DNA from: an uncultured bacterium
GTDB taxonomy: Bacteria; AUK180
DNA length: 64,000 nt
NCBI GenBank assembly: GCA_937863565.1
Contig: CALMGJ010000038.1
Location: forward strand, 1 to 64,000
Direction: 5' to 3'
Of this stretch, positions 38,983-48,729 are shown in pieces (position 1 is the first letter of the stretch; every line of letters begins with the position of its first letter). The translations under genes were made by a program, and so were the position numbers. The notes beneath the pieces are model-generated. The model was not told the DNA's origin. It saw only the letters and a program-made list of their open reading frames with translations, and made no database searches.

Positions 38983-38983
38983 A

Positions 38984-39196
38984 GCGAAGGGCAGTGAAGA
39001 GAGAATAAGAGAGGCTAGAGGATAGAGGCTCTAGGATAGAGAGTGAAGAGTTGATAGTTGATAGTTAAAAGTTGATAAGGAATGATCTCTTTATAAACCC
39101 GTTAACTCATTAACCCGCAATAAAATAACTCTTCTTTAGACACTATTGCACTAAGCACTTTCCACTCTTCACTATTAGTTATTCACTGCGCTTCGC
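38984..39196. repeat. Non-coding fold-back element with terminal inverted repeats and short tandem repeats
   Basis: GCGAAGGGCAGTGAA (38984-38998) vs TTCACTGCGCTTCGC (39182-39196), 14/15; AGTGAAGAGT vs ACTCTTCACT; AGTTGAT repeats. Confidence 0.7.
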
Positions 39197-39202
39197 CTCT
39201 TC

Positions 39203-40483
39203 CTACCGGTTCAGCGAGTATTTCTCGATCTTATATGTAAGCTGATTACGGTTCAGGCCGAGGATCTTGGCCGCTTTCGAAAGGTTGCCGCCGCTCATCG
39301 CGATGGCCTTCTTTATGTATTTCTTCTCGATCTCGAGAAGGCGCATCTCGGTATCACCAGCGTCCTCTGAAACGATATCTGAAAATATCACGGCCTCAGC
39401 CTTGATGTTATCGTCATCCGAAAGAATGTATGCCTGTTCAATGATATTGTGAAGTTCTCTGATATTACCGGGGAAAGAGTAACCCTGCAATTTCTGCATC
39501 GCCTCGCCCCCGATCGTTTTCTTCATGCCGTATTTTGCATTGAGGAAAGCGGTTCTGCTTCTGATGAGCTCTTCAAGGTCCTCCTTCCTTTCTCTCAAGG
39601 GCGGGATGAATATCTCAACATTCTTGAGCCGGAAGAAAAGGTCTTTACGGAAAGCCCCCTTCTTCACGAGTTCTTCAAGGTCTTCGTTCGTTGCGCTTAT
39701 GATCCTGATATCAACATGCCTCTCCTGCGATTCTCCGATGCGGACAAGTACCTTCTCCTCGATGATCCGGAGGAATTTTTTCTGCATCTCCTCCCTCAAT
39801 GTTCCGATCTCGTCCAGAAATATCGTCCCTTTGTCCGCCGCCTCGAATTTTCCCGTTCTGTCGCTGATCGCGCCGGTGAAGGAACCCTTTTTATGACCGA
39901 ATAATTCCGACTCGAAAAGATCGGAAGGTATGGATGTGCAATCCACTTTCACGAACGGTGCGCTTCTGCGTTTGGAGTTATCGTGGATAAAACGTGCGAT
40001 CAAATCCTTGCCTGCCCCGGTTTCACCCTTCAGAAGGACAGTGGCTTCCGTTTGAGCCACTTTCTTTGCGGTTTCGAGGATCGTTCTCATCGTTTTGGAC
40101 GAACCCACGGGCACTCCCTCTCCGGGAGACGAAGTATCGCACCCTTCTATGATCTCGCGCAAGGCCTTGATCTCAAAAGGTTTGAGAAGATAATCAACGG
40201 CGCCGAGTTTCATCGCTTCGACAGCGTCGGGGATCGTTCCGTATGCGGTCATGAAGCAGACAGGGATATTGCCGAAATTGACACGCACGTTCTTTATGAA
40301 GTCGAAACCGTTCATCTTATCCATTTTAATATCCGAAACGATGAGGTCCGCCCGGAAGTCCGCCAACGCATTCAGCCCTTCCTGAGCTGAAGCGAAAGCC
40401 TTCACCTCATGGCCTTCCTTGGAAAGCGCCATTGAAAGGATCTTGCGCATATTCTCTTCGTCATCAACGATCATTATCTTCAT
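39203..40483 (-). CDS. Sigma54-dependent NtrC-family response regulator
   Basis: Receiver (DD, D, T, KP); GETGAGKD, ESELFGH.KGSFTGA, FLDEIG and FPGNIREL motifs; Fis HTH. Confidence 0.96.
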   Translation of the reverse strand: MKIMIVDDEENMRKILSMALSKEGHEVKAFASAQEGLNALADFRADLIVSDIKMDKMNGFDFIKNVRVNFGNIPVCFMTAYGTIPDAVEAMKLGAVDYLLKPFEIKALREIIEGCDTSSPGEGVPVGSSKTMRTILETAKKVAQTEATVLLKGETGAGKDLIARFIHDNSKRRSAPFVKVDCTSIPSDLFESELFGHKKGSFTGAISDRTGKFEAADKGTIFLDEIGTLREEMQKKFLRIIEEKVLVRIGESQERHVDIRIISATNEDLEELVKKGAFRKDLFFRLKNVEIFIPPLRERKEDLEELIRSRTAFLNAKYGMKKTIGGEAMQKLQGYSFPGNIRELHNIIEQAYILSDDDNIKAEAVIFSDIVSEDAGDTEMRLLEIEKKYIKKAIAMSGGNLSKAAKILGLNRNQLTYKIEKYSLNR

Positions 40484-42020
40484 TTAAATCCCTCCCGGAA
40501 AGAATGAAGGATTTCTTTCCGTTCTCTACTTTAACAGAGATCCTGATCCCCATTTGCTCGGCTGTGTTCTTAACAATGGACAATCCCAGCCCGACACCTT
40601 TTGCCTTCGTGCTGAAAAAAGGCTCGAAGATCCTGTCCGGCGGTTCCGGCAGGGCCGTGCCGTTATCGGAAATGGTGATCGCGTTCTCATCCACTGTCAA
40701 TTCTACGAGCCCGTCCGGCGTATCCTCAACCGCATCGAAAGCGTTCTGGATGATCACAAAGAGGATCTCCGCAAGACCTTCCGCATTTGCCCTGAACCTT
40801 TCCGTTCTGTATTCCTCTTTGAAATTACCCGTAGGGAATCTGTTGCCTGACATTATGGTGTCGACTATGGGTTTAACTTCGATATCCGAAATGTCGTAAG
40901 CGGGGTTCTTCACGAACCGGAGGAATGATCCCACGATGCCGTCCAATCTCTTCACTTCCTCTTCGAGGGTCTGTATCATCACGAGTTTCTCTTCCAGAGA
41001 GAATTTATCCTCGCGGAGAAGCTCAATGGAATTATTCATAACGGCGAGCGGATTACGGATCTTGTGCGTTATCGTTGCCGCCATCTGCCCCATAACGGAA
41101 TATACCCTGTTGCGGGCGATGTGCTCCTGAAGGTCCTGGATCTTGAGAAGATTGGCCTCGAGCCTCTCAGTAAAGAGAATGTTCTTAAGGCGGATATTAA
41201 GCTGTCTTTCGATGATCTTCAGGAATTCGTGTTCTTCATGAAAAAGGAATCGCCCTTTCCTTTCCATGAAAACGAATTCGGCATTATCGCTCCCGAATTT
41301 TATCTCGAGTCCCGGCAGCGGCAGAAGCTTCTTTAAAAAAACAGACGAGTATTTAAGAATGCCGTCCTTGTGCGATATCCTCATTATTTCAGAAAGGTAC
41401 GAGGCGAGATTAGCCGAGAAATTCGTATAGACGGGAAGAAGAAGATTGATAACCGGCTTAAGCAGGATGAAGATGACGGAGAGTGAAAAGGAAAGAATGA
41501 ACCCGATAATGAAAAGGTCCGTGGTCCTGTCGAAGTATTCCGAAAGAAGGATGGCATTGAGAAGTATCAGTGCCACAGGGAAAATGACCGCTGTGGTGAC
41601 GAGTATATTGAAAAACCTGTTCTCGATGCGCAGCCGCTCTTTTTTAAGCATCGAGGGGATTGCGGCGAAATACAGAATGAACACGGGCGCTTCAAAAAAA
41701 GCGGCCGGGATGCCGGGAATGGATGCGATCTCTCCCAGAAGCACCATCATGCCGAGCATGAGGAAGAAAAGTACACTGTAAAAAAGAAGTTTGAAGGCAT
41801 AAAAATCCGCGGAAAAGAAAAGAAGGCAGATGAAAAGGACCAGGGATACCGCAACCAGCGCGGTCTTTAAAAGGATGAAATGCCCGATCCCGATCCGCAG
41901 GAAGAACACGGCGAAGGCCGGAATGAAGAAAAGGCCGAATATAAGTTTTCTGATCCGCCACAGGATGAAAATAGCATTAATGAGTATCAGCGCCGATGCG
42001 GCGATATTATATACGCTCAT
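40464..42020 (-). CDS. Membrane sensor histidine kinase (atypical H-box)
   Basis: Multi-TM N-terminus; THKIRNPL, QNAFDA and IFEPFFSTK.KG.GLGL motifs. Confidence 0.9.
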   Translation of the reverse strand: MSVYNIAASALILINAIFILWRIRKLIFGLFFIPAFAVFFLRIGIGHFILLKTALVAVSLVLFICLLFFSADFYAFKLLFYSVLFFLMLGMMVLLGEIASIPGIPAAFFEAPVFILYFAAIPSMLKKERLRIENRFFNILVTTAVIFPVALILLNAILLSEYFDRTTDLFIIGFILSFSLSVIFILLKPVINLLLPVYTNFSANLASYLSEIMRISHKDGILKYSSVFLKKLLPLPGLEIKFGSDNAEFVFMERKGRFLFHEEHEFLKIIERQLNIRLKNILFTERLEANLLKIQDLQEHIARNRVYSVMGQMAATITHKIRNPLAVMNNSIELLREDKFSLEEKLVMIQTLEEEVKRLDGIVGSFLRFVKNPAYDISDIEVKPIVDTIMSGNRFPTGNFKEEYRTERFRANAEGLAEILFVIIQNAFDAVEDTPDGLVELTVDENAITISDNGTALPEPPDRIFEPFFSTKAKGVGLGLSIVKNTAEQMGIRISVKVENGKKSFILSGRDLNEDNDR

Positions 42021-42871
42021 GTGATCTTAAGGGATATATCCGCGCTCGTGTAGGAGTGGGTGAGCGAACCGGAGGAAATGATATCAATGCCCGGTGTGAG
42101 GTATCTGCCGATATTCTCAAGGGTGATGCTGCCTGACACTTCGATCTTTATCCCGCTTCCCCGTATGATCGCTATTGCCTTTTTGATCGCGTCCGGCGGA
42201 AAATTATCCAACATGATGAAGTCGGGCTTGAAAGAATGAGAAAGCACTTCTTTTATTTCCGCGATACTTTTCACTTCGATCTCGGTCTTGATCCTCTTTC
42301 TCCTCATTCCGAGGCAGGCATCCAATGCGGGTTTGATCCCTCCTGCCGCCTTTATGTGATTGTCTTTGATCAGAACGGCATCATAAAGCCCCATCCGGTG
42401 ATTGACTCCTCCTCCGAGGGATACCGCGCGCTTTTCGAAATACCTGAAATTAGGAGTTGTCTTGCGCGTATCGGCGATACGCGCCCCGCTCCCGCTTTTT
42501 TTTATGATCTCCCCGAACCTGGCCGTGAGCGTGGCAATGCCGGACATCCTCTGTATGAAGTTGAGGGCCACCCGTTCTCCGAGAAGGATGCTTCTGAGAG
42601 GGCCGCTCACTTCGGCTATTTTGTGTTTTCGGGATATCCGGTCGCCGTCAGCAGCCAGAAAACGTATTTCTATCCGCTTGTCGACAACACTGAAAACATA
42701 TTCGAAAACATCGCATCCGGCAAGAATGCCGGATGTTTTAAAAAGAAGTTCCGCGCTTCCGGTCAAATCCTTCCCGACGGTAAGTTCCGATGTTATATCG
42801 CCGTCCCCGACATCCTCGCTCAGAGCCCGGACGACATATTCTTTCCAGGCCGTTCTATTTTGCGAACGCAT
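42017..42871 (-). CDS. nadC: Quinolinate phosphoribosyltransferase
   Basis: ED...[41 protein letters not shown] and IMLDNF motifs. Confidence 0.97.
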   Translation of the reverse strand: MRSQNRTAWKEYVVRALSEDVGDGDITSELTVGKDLTGSAELLFKTSGILAGCDVFEYVFSVVDKRIEIRFLAADGDRISRKHKIAEVSGPLRSILLGERVALNFIQRMSGIATLTARFGEIIKKSGSGARIADTRKTTPNFRYFEKRAVSLGGGVNHRMGLYDAVLIKDNHIKAAGGIKPALDACLGMRRKRIKTEIEVKSIAEIKEVLSHSFKPDFIMLDNFPPDAIKKAIAIIRGSGIKIEVSGSITLENIGRYLTPGIDIISSGSLTHSYTSADISLKIT

Positions 42872-45113
42872 CAATTATCTTCTTTATTAGATCCCCGTAT
42901 GCCACGATGAACCCTGCAAAGACAACGGAGACCATCGACATGAGTTTTATCAGAATATTCAAAGAAGGCCCCGATGTGTCCTTGAAGGGATCGCCTACGG
43001 TATCGCCTATGACTGCTGCGGCGTGATTCGGATTCTTCGATCCGTCGGGCAGTTTCTTGCCTCCGTAATTACCCTCTTCGATATATTTCTTCGCATTATC
43101 CCAGGCCCCACCCGCATTGTTCAGGAACACCGCGGTCACGAAACCCGTGGTGAGACCACCGGCGAGAAGGCCGAGCACACCTGCGACGCCGAGGAAAAGC
43201 CCGGTAAGTATCGGTACGATTATCGAAAGAAGCGAGGGGAAGATCATTTCCTTCTGCGCTCCCGAAGTCGAGATCTCCACGCATTTGGCATAATCGGGTT
43301 TACCGGTGCCTTCCATGATGCCGGCTATCTCACGAAATTGTCTTCTAACCTCATCTACCATCCTGCCGGCAGCCCGGCCGACAGCCTTCATCGTGAGCGA
43401 GCAGAAAACGAAAACGAGCATGGCACCGATGAACATACCTACAAGAACCCTCGGATTGAGAAGGGTTATATCATAATAACGGACCCAGTCCGTGATATTC
43501 GTTTCGCGAACGAGTTTTTCCGCACCGTCGATGAGCACCGTCGCCCCCTGTCCGTACATATGGATGAACCCGATCTTTACCTCTTCGATATATGCGGCGA
43601 GAAGGGCCATTGCTGTCAATGCCGCGCTCCCAATGGCAAAACCCTTACCGGTTGCCGCCGTGGTGTTCCCGAGCGCATCGAGCGCATCCGTTCTCTTTCT
43701 CACTTCCGGCCCCTGGCCGGTCATCTCCGCATTTCCGCCGGCATTATCTGCGATAGGGCCGTACGCATCGGTCGCAAGTGTAATGCCGAGAGTGGAGAGC
43801 ATGCCGACCGCTGCCAGACCTATACCGTAAAGTCCGTGGTTGATAGCATTGGGGTGAGTTGAGAAACCGCCGGAGAAGGCGAAACTGAGAAGGATGCCTA
43901 TGGCGATCACTACCACCGGGTATCCTGTTGACTGCATACCAAGGGCAATTCCCGAAATGATGACCGTTGCCGGTCCCGTCCTTGATTGCCCGGCTACATC
44001 CTTCGTAGGCGCGTATTCCTGAGATGTATAGTATTCTGTGATCTTTCCTATGAGCCATCCGGCTATGAGCCCCGTGATGACAGAACCGAAAATACCGATA
44101 TATCTTCCGGCGGGCACATTCTCTACGGCAAAGGATCTCCTGAAAAGAAGCAGAATGAAGAACGAAGCGATCAAGGTGAAAATAGTTGAGGAATTGACGC
44201 CCCTTGCCAGTGCGCCGAGCAGTTCCTTCTGCGAGGCTTTTTCGCCTGACCGTACAAGGAAGATGCCTATGATGGAAAAGATAACGCCTATACCCGCGAT
44301 GACCATCGGAGTGAGCACTCCGCCCAACCCGTAGCCGGCCGCTACGCCGAGCGCGGCCGTGGCAAGTATCGATCCCGCATAGGATTCGTAAAGGTCCGCG
44401 CCCATCCCCGCAACATCGCCTACATTATCCCCGACATTATCGGCTATAGTAGCGGGATTCCTTGGGTCGTCCTCGGGGATGCCCGCCTCTACTTTGCCGA
44501 CAAGATCCGCGCCGACATCGGCGGCTTTCGTGAAAATACCGCCTCCTACCCTTGCGAATAAAGCCTGCAGTGAAGCTCCCATACCGAATGTGAGCATCGT
44601 AGTAGTGATAATGGCCAATTGATGGTCTCCTTTCGGGATGGCGAGTTTCAGGATGATGAACCAAAGCGAAATGTCCAGAAGGGCAAGGCCTACAACAACA
44701 AGCCCCATAACGGCACCCGATCTGAAAGCTACTTGAAGACCTTTATTGAGAGAGATCTTTGCATTAGCGGCCGTTCTGTTGGAGGCGGAAGTAGCGGTAT
44801 GCATGCCTAACCATCCGGCCAAGCCGGAGAAAAAACCGCCGGTCAGGAAAGCGAAAGGTACCCATCCGTTCTGCGTCTTGAGGATATAGGCCATGACCGC
44901 GAAGATAGCGGCGACGATCATGAAAACAATGATGACCACGCTATACTGCCTTTTAAGATATGCCAGAGCGCCTTCTTTCACATGCCCGGCGATCTCCTGC
45001 ATCTCCTTCGTACCCGCATCCTGCTTCATAAGCATTCTATAAAAGGAAAATGCGAACACGAGGGCAAGTATAGAGCCCAACGGCGCAAGAACGAATAAAT
45101 ACTTCAATTCCAT
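42855..45113 (-). CDS. hppA: Membrane-integral ion-translocating pyrophosphatase, K+-dependent (probably Na+,H+ subfamily)
   Basis: [45 protein letters not shown] and [14 protein letters not shown] motifs. Confidence 0.97.
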   Translation of the reverse strand: MELKYLFVLAPLGSILALVFAFSFYRMLMKQDAGTKEMQEIAGHVKEGALAYLKRQYSVVIIVFMIVAAIFAVMAYILKTQNGWVPFAFLTGGFFSGLAGWLGMHTATSASNRTAANAKISLNKGLQVAFRSGAVMGLVVVGLALLDISLWFIILKLAIPKGDHQLAIITTTMLTFGMGASLQALFARVGGGIFTKAADVGADLVGKVEAGIPEDDPRNPATIADNVGDNVGDVAGMGADLYESYAGSILATAALGVAAGYGLGGVLTPMVIAGIGVIFSIIGIFLVRSGEKASQKELLGALARGVNSSTIFTLIASFFILLLFRRSFAVENVPAGRYIGIFGSVITGLIAGWLIGKITEYYTSQEYAPTKDVAGQSRTGPATVIISGIALGMQSTGYPVVVIAIGILLSFAFSGGFSTHPNAINHGLYGIGLAAVGMLSTLGITLATDAYGPIADNAGGNAEMTGQGPEVRKRTDALDALGNTTAATGKGFAIGSAALTAMALLAAYIEEVKIGFIHMYGQGATVLIDGAEKLVRETNITDWVRYYDITLLNPRVLVGMFIGAMLVFVFCSLTMKAVGRAAGRMVDEVRRQFREIAGIMEGTGKPDYAKCVEISTSGAQKEMIFPSLLSIIVPILTGLFLGVAGVLGLLAGGLTTGFVTAVFLNNAGGAWDNAKKYIEEGNYGGKKLPDGSKNPNHAAAVIGDTVGDPFKDTSGPSLNILIKLMSMVSVVFAGFIVAYGDLIKKIIDAFAK

Positions 45114-45134
45114 ATGTCCTCCCTCATAATGTCA

Positions 45135-45163
45135 ATTATACATTTTTAGACAGGTAAAGTCAA
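45135..45163 (-). promoter_or_regulatory. Sigma70-type promoter of the hppA-nadC-HK-RR operon
   Basis: Minus strand TTGACT-17 nt-TATAAT; GGAGG RBS. Confidence 0.7.
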
Positions 45164-45367
45164 TAAAATAGAATTAAGCGCCCAGCGGCGATCTCCTCTT
45201 CATCCGGACCGGAAACCCTCCGCTAAGCGCAAGTGGATTCCGTATCAGAAAAAGAAGCTGCCGCCGGGAGTATGATCTAAATTGATACGGCACTCTCCGC
45301 GGGTCAATAAACCTGAAAGCCGCAGGATCGAAGTTGTTGAAAAATATTAAAAACGGCGCGATAACTA

Positions 45368-45396
45368 TTGAAAAAAAACATTGATTATGTTAAAAT
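45368..45396 (+). promoter_or_regulatory. Sigma70-type promoter of the yebC operon
   Basis: TTGAAA-17 nt-TAAAAT with extended TG; AGGAG RBS. Confidence 0.65.
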
Positions 45397-45422
45397 AAAA
45401 AATTGTTTTAGGAGCTATTTTT

Positions 45423-46166
45423 ATGTCGGGACACAATAAATGGAGTACGATCAAGAGGAAAAAGGGCGCGAACGATGCCAAAAGAGGGCAGATGTTCACG
45501 AAAGTAGCAAAGGAGATCATTCTCGCGGCCAAAAAGGGCGGAAATCCGGAAATGAACCCCGCATTGCGTGCGGCCATCGAAAAGGCGAGAAGTTACAATA
45601 TGCCCAAGGACAATATCAATAATGCGATAAAAAAGGGCACAGGCGAACTTCCCGGCGTTGTGTACGAAGAGATCGTTTATGAAGGGTATGCCCCTTACGG
45701 CATTGCCCTTCTCATCGAAGTGATCACGGACAACAAGAACAGGTCCACTTCCGAGGTCAGACATGCGCTGTCCCATGCCGGAGGCAGTCTTGCCGAAACC
45801 GGCGCCGTGGCCTGGAATTTCGAGAGGAAGGGTCAGATCTTTGTAAAAAAGGATAAAGCGGGCGAGGATGCGCTCATGGAGATCATAACGGATGCGGGAG
45901 CAGAGGACATGAAAACGGAAGAAGACGGTTTCTATGTGGTCTGTAATTACAAGGACCTTTTCAATATCTCGGCCGCTATCGAAGCGAAAAAGATCGAAGT
46001 CGAAACCGCCGAATTGACCTACATCGCGCAGAACCCCATCACCTTGGAACCGGAACAAGTGAAAAAGATACTGAGAATAATAGAAAATATTGAAGACATG
46101 GACGATGTTCAGAACGTATTCACAAATATGAACATCCCGGACGATCTTCAGATTGAGGAGGAATGA
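45423..46166 (+). CDS. yebC: YebC/PmpR family protein
   Basis: MSGHNKWSTIK.KK, NMPKDNI, YEGYAP and TDNKNR motifs. Confidence 0.96.
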   Translation: MSGHNKWSTIKRKKGANDAKRGQMFTKVAKEIILAAKKGGNPEMNPALRAAIEKARSYNMPKDNINNAIKKGTGELPGVVYEEIVYEGYAPYGIALLIEVITDNKNRSTSEVRHALSHAGGSLAETGAVAWNFERKGQIFVKKDKAGEDALMEIITDAGAEDMKTEEDGFYVVCNYKDLFNISAAIEAKKIEVETAELTYIAQNPITLEPEQVKKILRIIENIEDMDDVQNVFTNMNIPDDLQIEEE

Positions 46167-46168
46167 CA

Positions 46169-48247
46169 ATGAAACCCTATCTGTCCAAAGAGAAAATATC
46201 CATAGGATTTTTCGGACATAACGGAACAGGCAAAACGTCAGCCGCCGAGGCGATGTTCTTTAATGCAAAACTTACAACAAGACTCGGAAAAACAGCTGAG
46301 AAGAACCTCGTTCTCGATTTTGAAGAGGAAGAAAAGAAAAGACAGCAATCGATAAATCTCGGGCTCGGATATGTTGAGCACGGCGACTGCAAGATACACG
46401 TGCTCGATACGCCGGGTTTCCTTGATTATCTGGGAGAGATAGTGAGCGCTACTTATGCTGCGGACTTGGCGGCTGTTTTCGTTAATACAGAGAATGCGGT
46501 CGAAGTCGGTTTCGAGAAAGCGATCGAGATCCTTGAAGAAAAGCAGATGCCGGTCTTCTTCGTGATGAACGGTATCGATAAGGGCAATTCGGATTTCGGC
46601 AAGGCCTTCGATGACGTGAAGAACTATACTTCCGTCGGCATGGCCCCCCTCACGGTCCCCGCCGGAGAGAAAGACGGATTCAAGGGCATTATCGATGTCG
46701 TTGAAATGAAGCTCATATCTTACGGCTCAGAAGGGAAAACCGCAATTTCCGATGTCCCTGCCGAATACGCCGATACCGTGAAAAAATACCGTGAGAAGAT
46801 GATCGAAGCCGTGGCCGAATCGACGGATGAACTCACCGAAAAATATCTTGAAACGGGAGAACTATCCGCTGACGATATGAAAAAAGGCATTAAAGAGGGA
46901 GTGGCGTCCGGCAAATTCAGGCCCGTTTTCGCAACCTCGGCTCTCGCTAATTTCGGCCTTGATATCATGGTCGATATGATAGTGAAGTATTTTCCGAAAT
47001 ATGCCGATCTCCCGCCGTACAATGCGAAAAAGGCAGGAAGCGACCTTCTTATAAGAAGGGACGAAAGCGAAGCGCTCTCCGGCATGATCTTCAAGATCAT
47101 CTCCGATCCGCATCTCGGCGATATCGTTAACTGCAAACTTTTCTCGGGGAAACTTGCCTCCGGAGGAGAATTCTTCAATATCAATAAAAGCAAAGCGGAA
47201 AAAACCGGGCAGATATACGCGCTGCTCGGCGATAAAAAGGCGGATATTCCTGCCGCTTCGGCCGGTGACATCGTATCCTTCGTGAAACTTAAATATTCTG
47301 ATACAGGCGATTATATCGCGGAGAAAGATACCGGTATCGAATACGAACCGTTCACGGTCCAGGAACCGATCTATTCGATATCCATCCAGCCGAAATCGAA
47401 AGAGGACCAGGAGAAGGTCTCCATCGCGCTTCAGAAGATCAACAGGGAAGATCCCTCTTTTAAATACTTCATGGACAAAGAGTTCGGCGAGTTCATTCTT
47501 TCCGGCATGGGGGATTCTCATGTCAATATCATCCTGGAGAAGATCAAAAGAAAATACGGTGTAGAATTGACAACGGCCAATCCGCAGGTGCCTTACAGAG
47601 AAACGATTACGAGACCTGCGGAATCACAGGGACGTTATAAGAAACAATCAGGCGGCCGCGGTCAGTTCGGCGATACATGGATCAAAGTAGAACCTTGCGA
47701 AACAGGGTTCGAATTCGTGGACGCCATCGTGGGCGGCGTTATTCCCCGCAACTTCATACCTTCCGTTGAAAAGGGCGTGAAAGGCGCGATGGAAACGGGG
47801 CCTCTTGCGGGGTATCCCGTCGTCAATATCAAGGTCACACTGTACGACGGCTCTTATCACACCGTGGATTCTTCCGATATGGCATTCCAGATCGCCGGTT
47901 CCATGGGCTTCAAAAACGCCTGCGAGAAAGCGGAACTTCAACTTCTGGAGCCGATATACGATTTCTTCATCACGCTTCCGGACGACAATCTCGGGGATGT
48001 GATGGGAGACCTTTCCGGAAGAAGGGGAAGGATACAGGGGACGGACCAGAAAAAGGGCGGCAAAACGCTTATTCACGCCAAAGCGCCCCTTTCCGAGATG
48101 TTCACCTACATAAATACACTGAAGAGCATGACGGGCGGCCGCGGATTCTATTCGATGAAGTTCTCTCATTATGAACCGGTTCCGCATAATATCGCTCTGA
48201 AGATAATAGATCAGAGGAAGAAGAAGCTGGAAAACAAGAACGAATGA
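46169..48247 (+). CDS. Elongation factor G-like paralog (EF-G2 type)
   Basis: GHNGTGKTS, DTPGF, VPYRETI, KKQSGGRGQFG, DGSYH.VDSS and LLEPI motifs; start could be 46163. Confidence 0.92.
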   Translation: MKPYLSKEKISIGFFGHNGTGKTSAAEAMFFNAKLTTRLGKTAEKNLVLDFEEEEKKRQQSINLGLGYVEHGDCKIHVLDTPGFLDYLGEIVSATYAADLAAVFVNTENAVEVGFEKAIEILEEKQMPVFFVMNGIDKGNSDFGKAFDDVKNYTSVGMAPLTVPAGEKDGFKGIIDVVEMKLISYGSEGKTAISDVPAEYADTVKKYREKMIEAVAESTDELTEKYLETGELSADDMKKGIKEGVASGKFRPVFATSALANFGLDIMVDMIVKYFPKYADLPPYNAKKAGSDLLIRRDESEALSGMIFKIISDPHLGDIVNCKLFSGKLASGGEFFNINKSKAEKTGQIYALLGDKKADIPAASAGDIVSFVKLKYSDTGDYIAEKDTGIEYEPFTVQEPIYSISIQPKSKEDQEKVSIALQKINREDPSFKYFMDKEFGEFILSGMGDSHVNIILEKIKRKYGVELTTANPQVPYRETITRPAESQGRYKKQSGGRGQFGDTWIKVEPCETGFEFVDAIVGGVIPRNFIPSVEKGVKGAMETGPLAGYPVVNIKVTLYDGSYHTVDSSDMAFQIAGSMGFKNACEKAELQLLEPIYDFFITLPDDNLGDVMGDLSGRRGRIQGTDQKKGGKTLIHAKAPLSEMFTYINTLKSMTGGRGFYSMKFSHYEPVPHNIALKIIDQRKKKLENKNE

Positions 48248-48729
48248 TCATTCTCGGCATCGATCCAGGCATAGCCATACTCGGCTTCGCCTTTCTGAGC
48301 AAGGACGGCGGGAAGATCAACATTCTCGAATACGGTGTTCTGAGGACAGAGAAGGATGAAAGCGAGGAAAAAAGACTTATGATCCTTTTCGATTCGCTCA
48401 ATGCCCTTATCAATAAATACAAACCCGCGGAGATATCCGTTGAAAGCCTTTATTTCACGAATAATCAGAAAACAGCTTTTCAGGTCGGCCAGGCCCGCGG
48501 CGTAGTGCTCCTTGCAGCGGCAAAAAACGATGTCGAGGTCTACAGTTACAATCCGAACGAGATCAAGATAGCCGTTTCCGGATACGGAAGAGCCGGAAAA
48601 AAAGAGATCCAGGAAATGGTGAAGAGGATCCTTAATCTTAAAGAGGTCCCTAAGCCCGACGATGCGGCGGACGCGATCGCCTGCGCATTATGCCACATCT
48701 TCTCAAGAAAGATAAAGGTGAAAGCATGA
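48244..48729 (+). CDS. ruvC: Holliday junction resolvase RuvC
   Basis: ILGIDPG, VE.L.F..N, GQARGV and PDDAADA motifs. Confidence 0.97.
   Translation: MIILGIDPGIAILGFAFLSKDGGKINILEYGVLRTEKDESEEKRLMILFDSLNALINKYKPAEISVESLYFTNNQKTAFQVGQARGVVLLAAAKNDVEVYSYNPNEIKIAVSGYGRAGKKEIQEMVKRILNLKEVPKPDDAADAIACALCHIFSRKIKVKA

Noticed and set aside
45178-45335. Na+ riboswitch controlling hppA, or SRP RNA
   Set aside because: It lies upstream of the predicted hppA promoter and I could not find the defining motifs; kept only as an unassigned structured segment.
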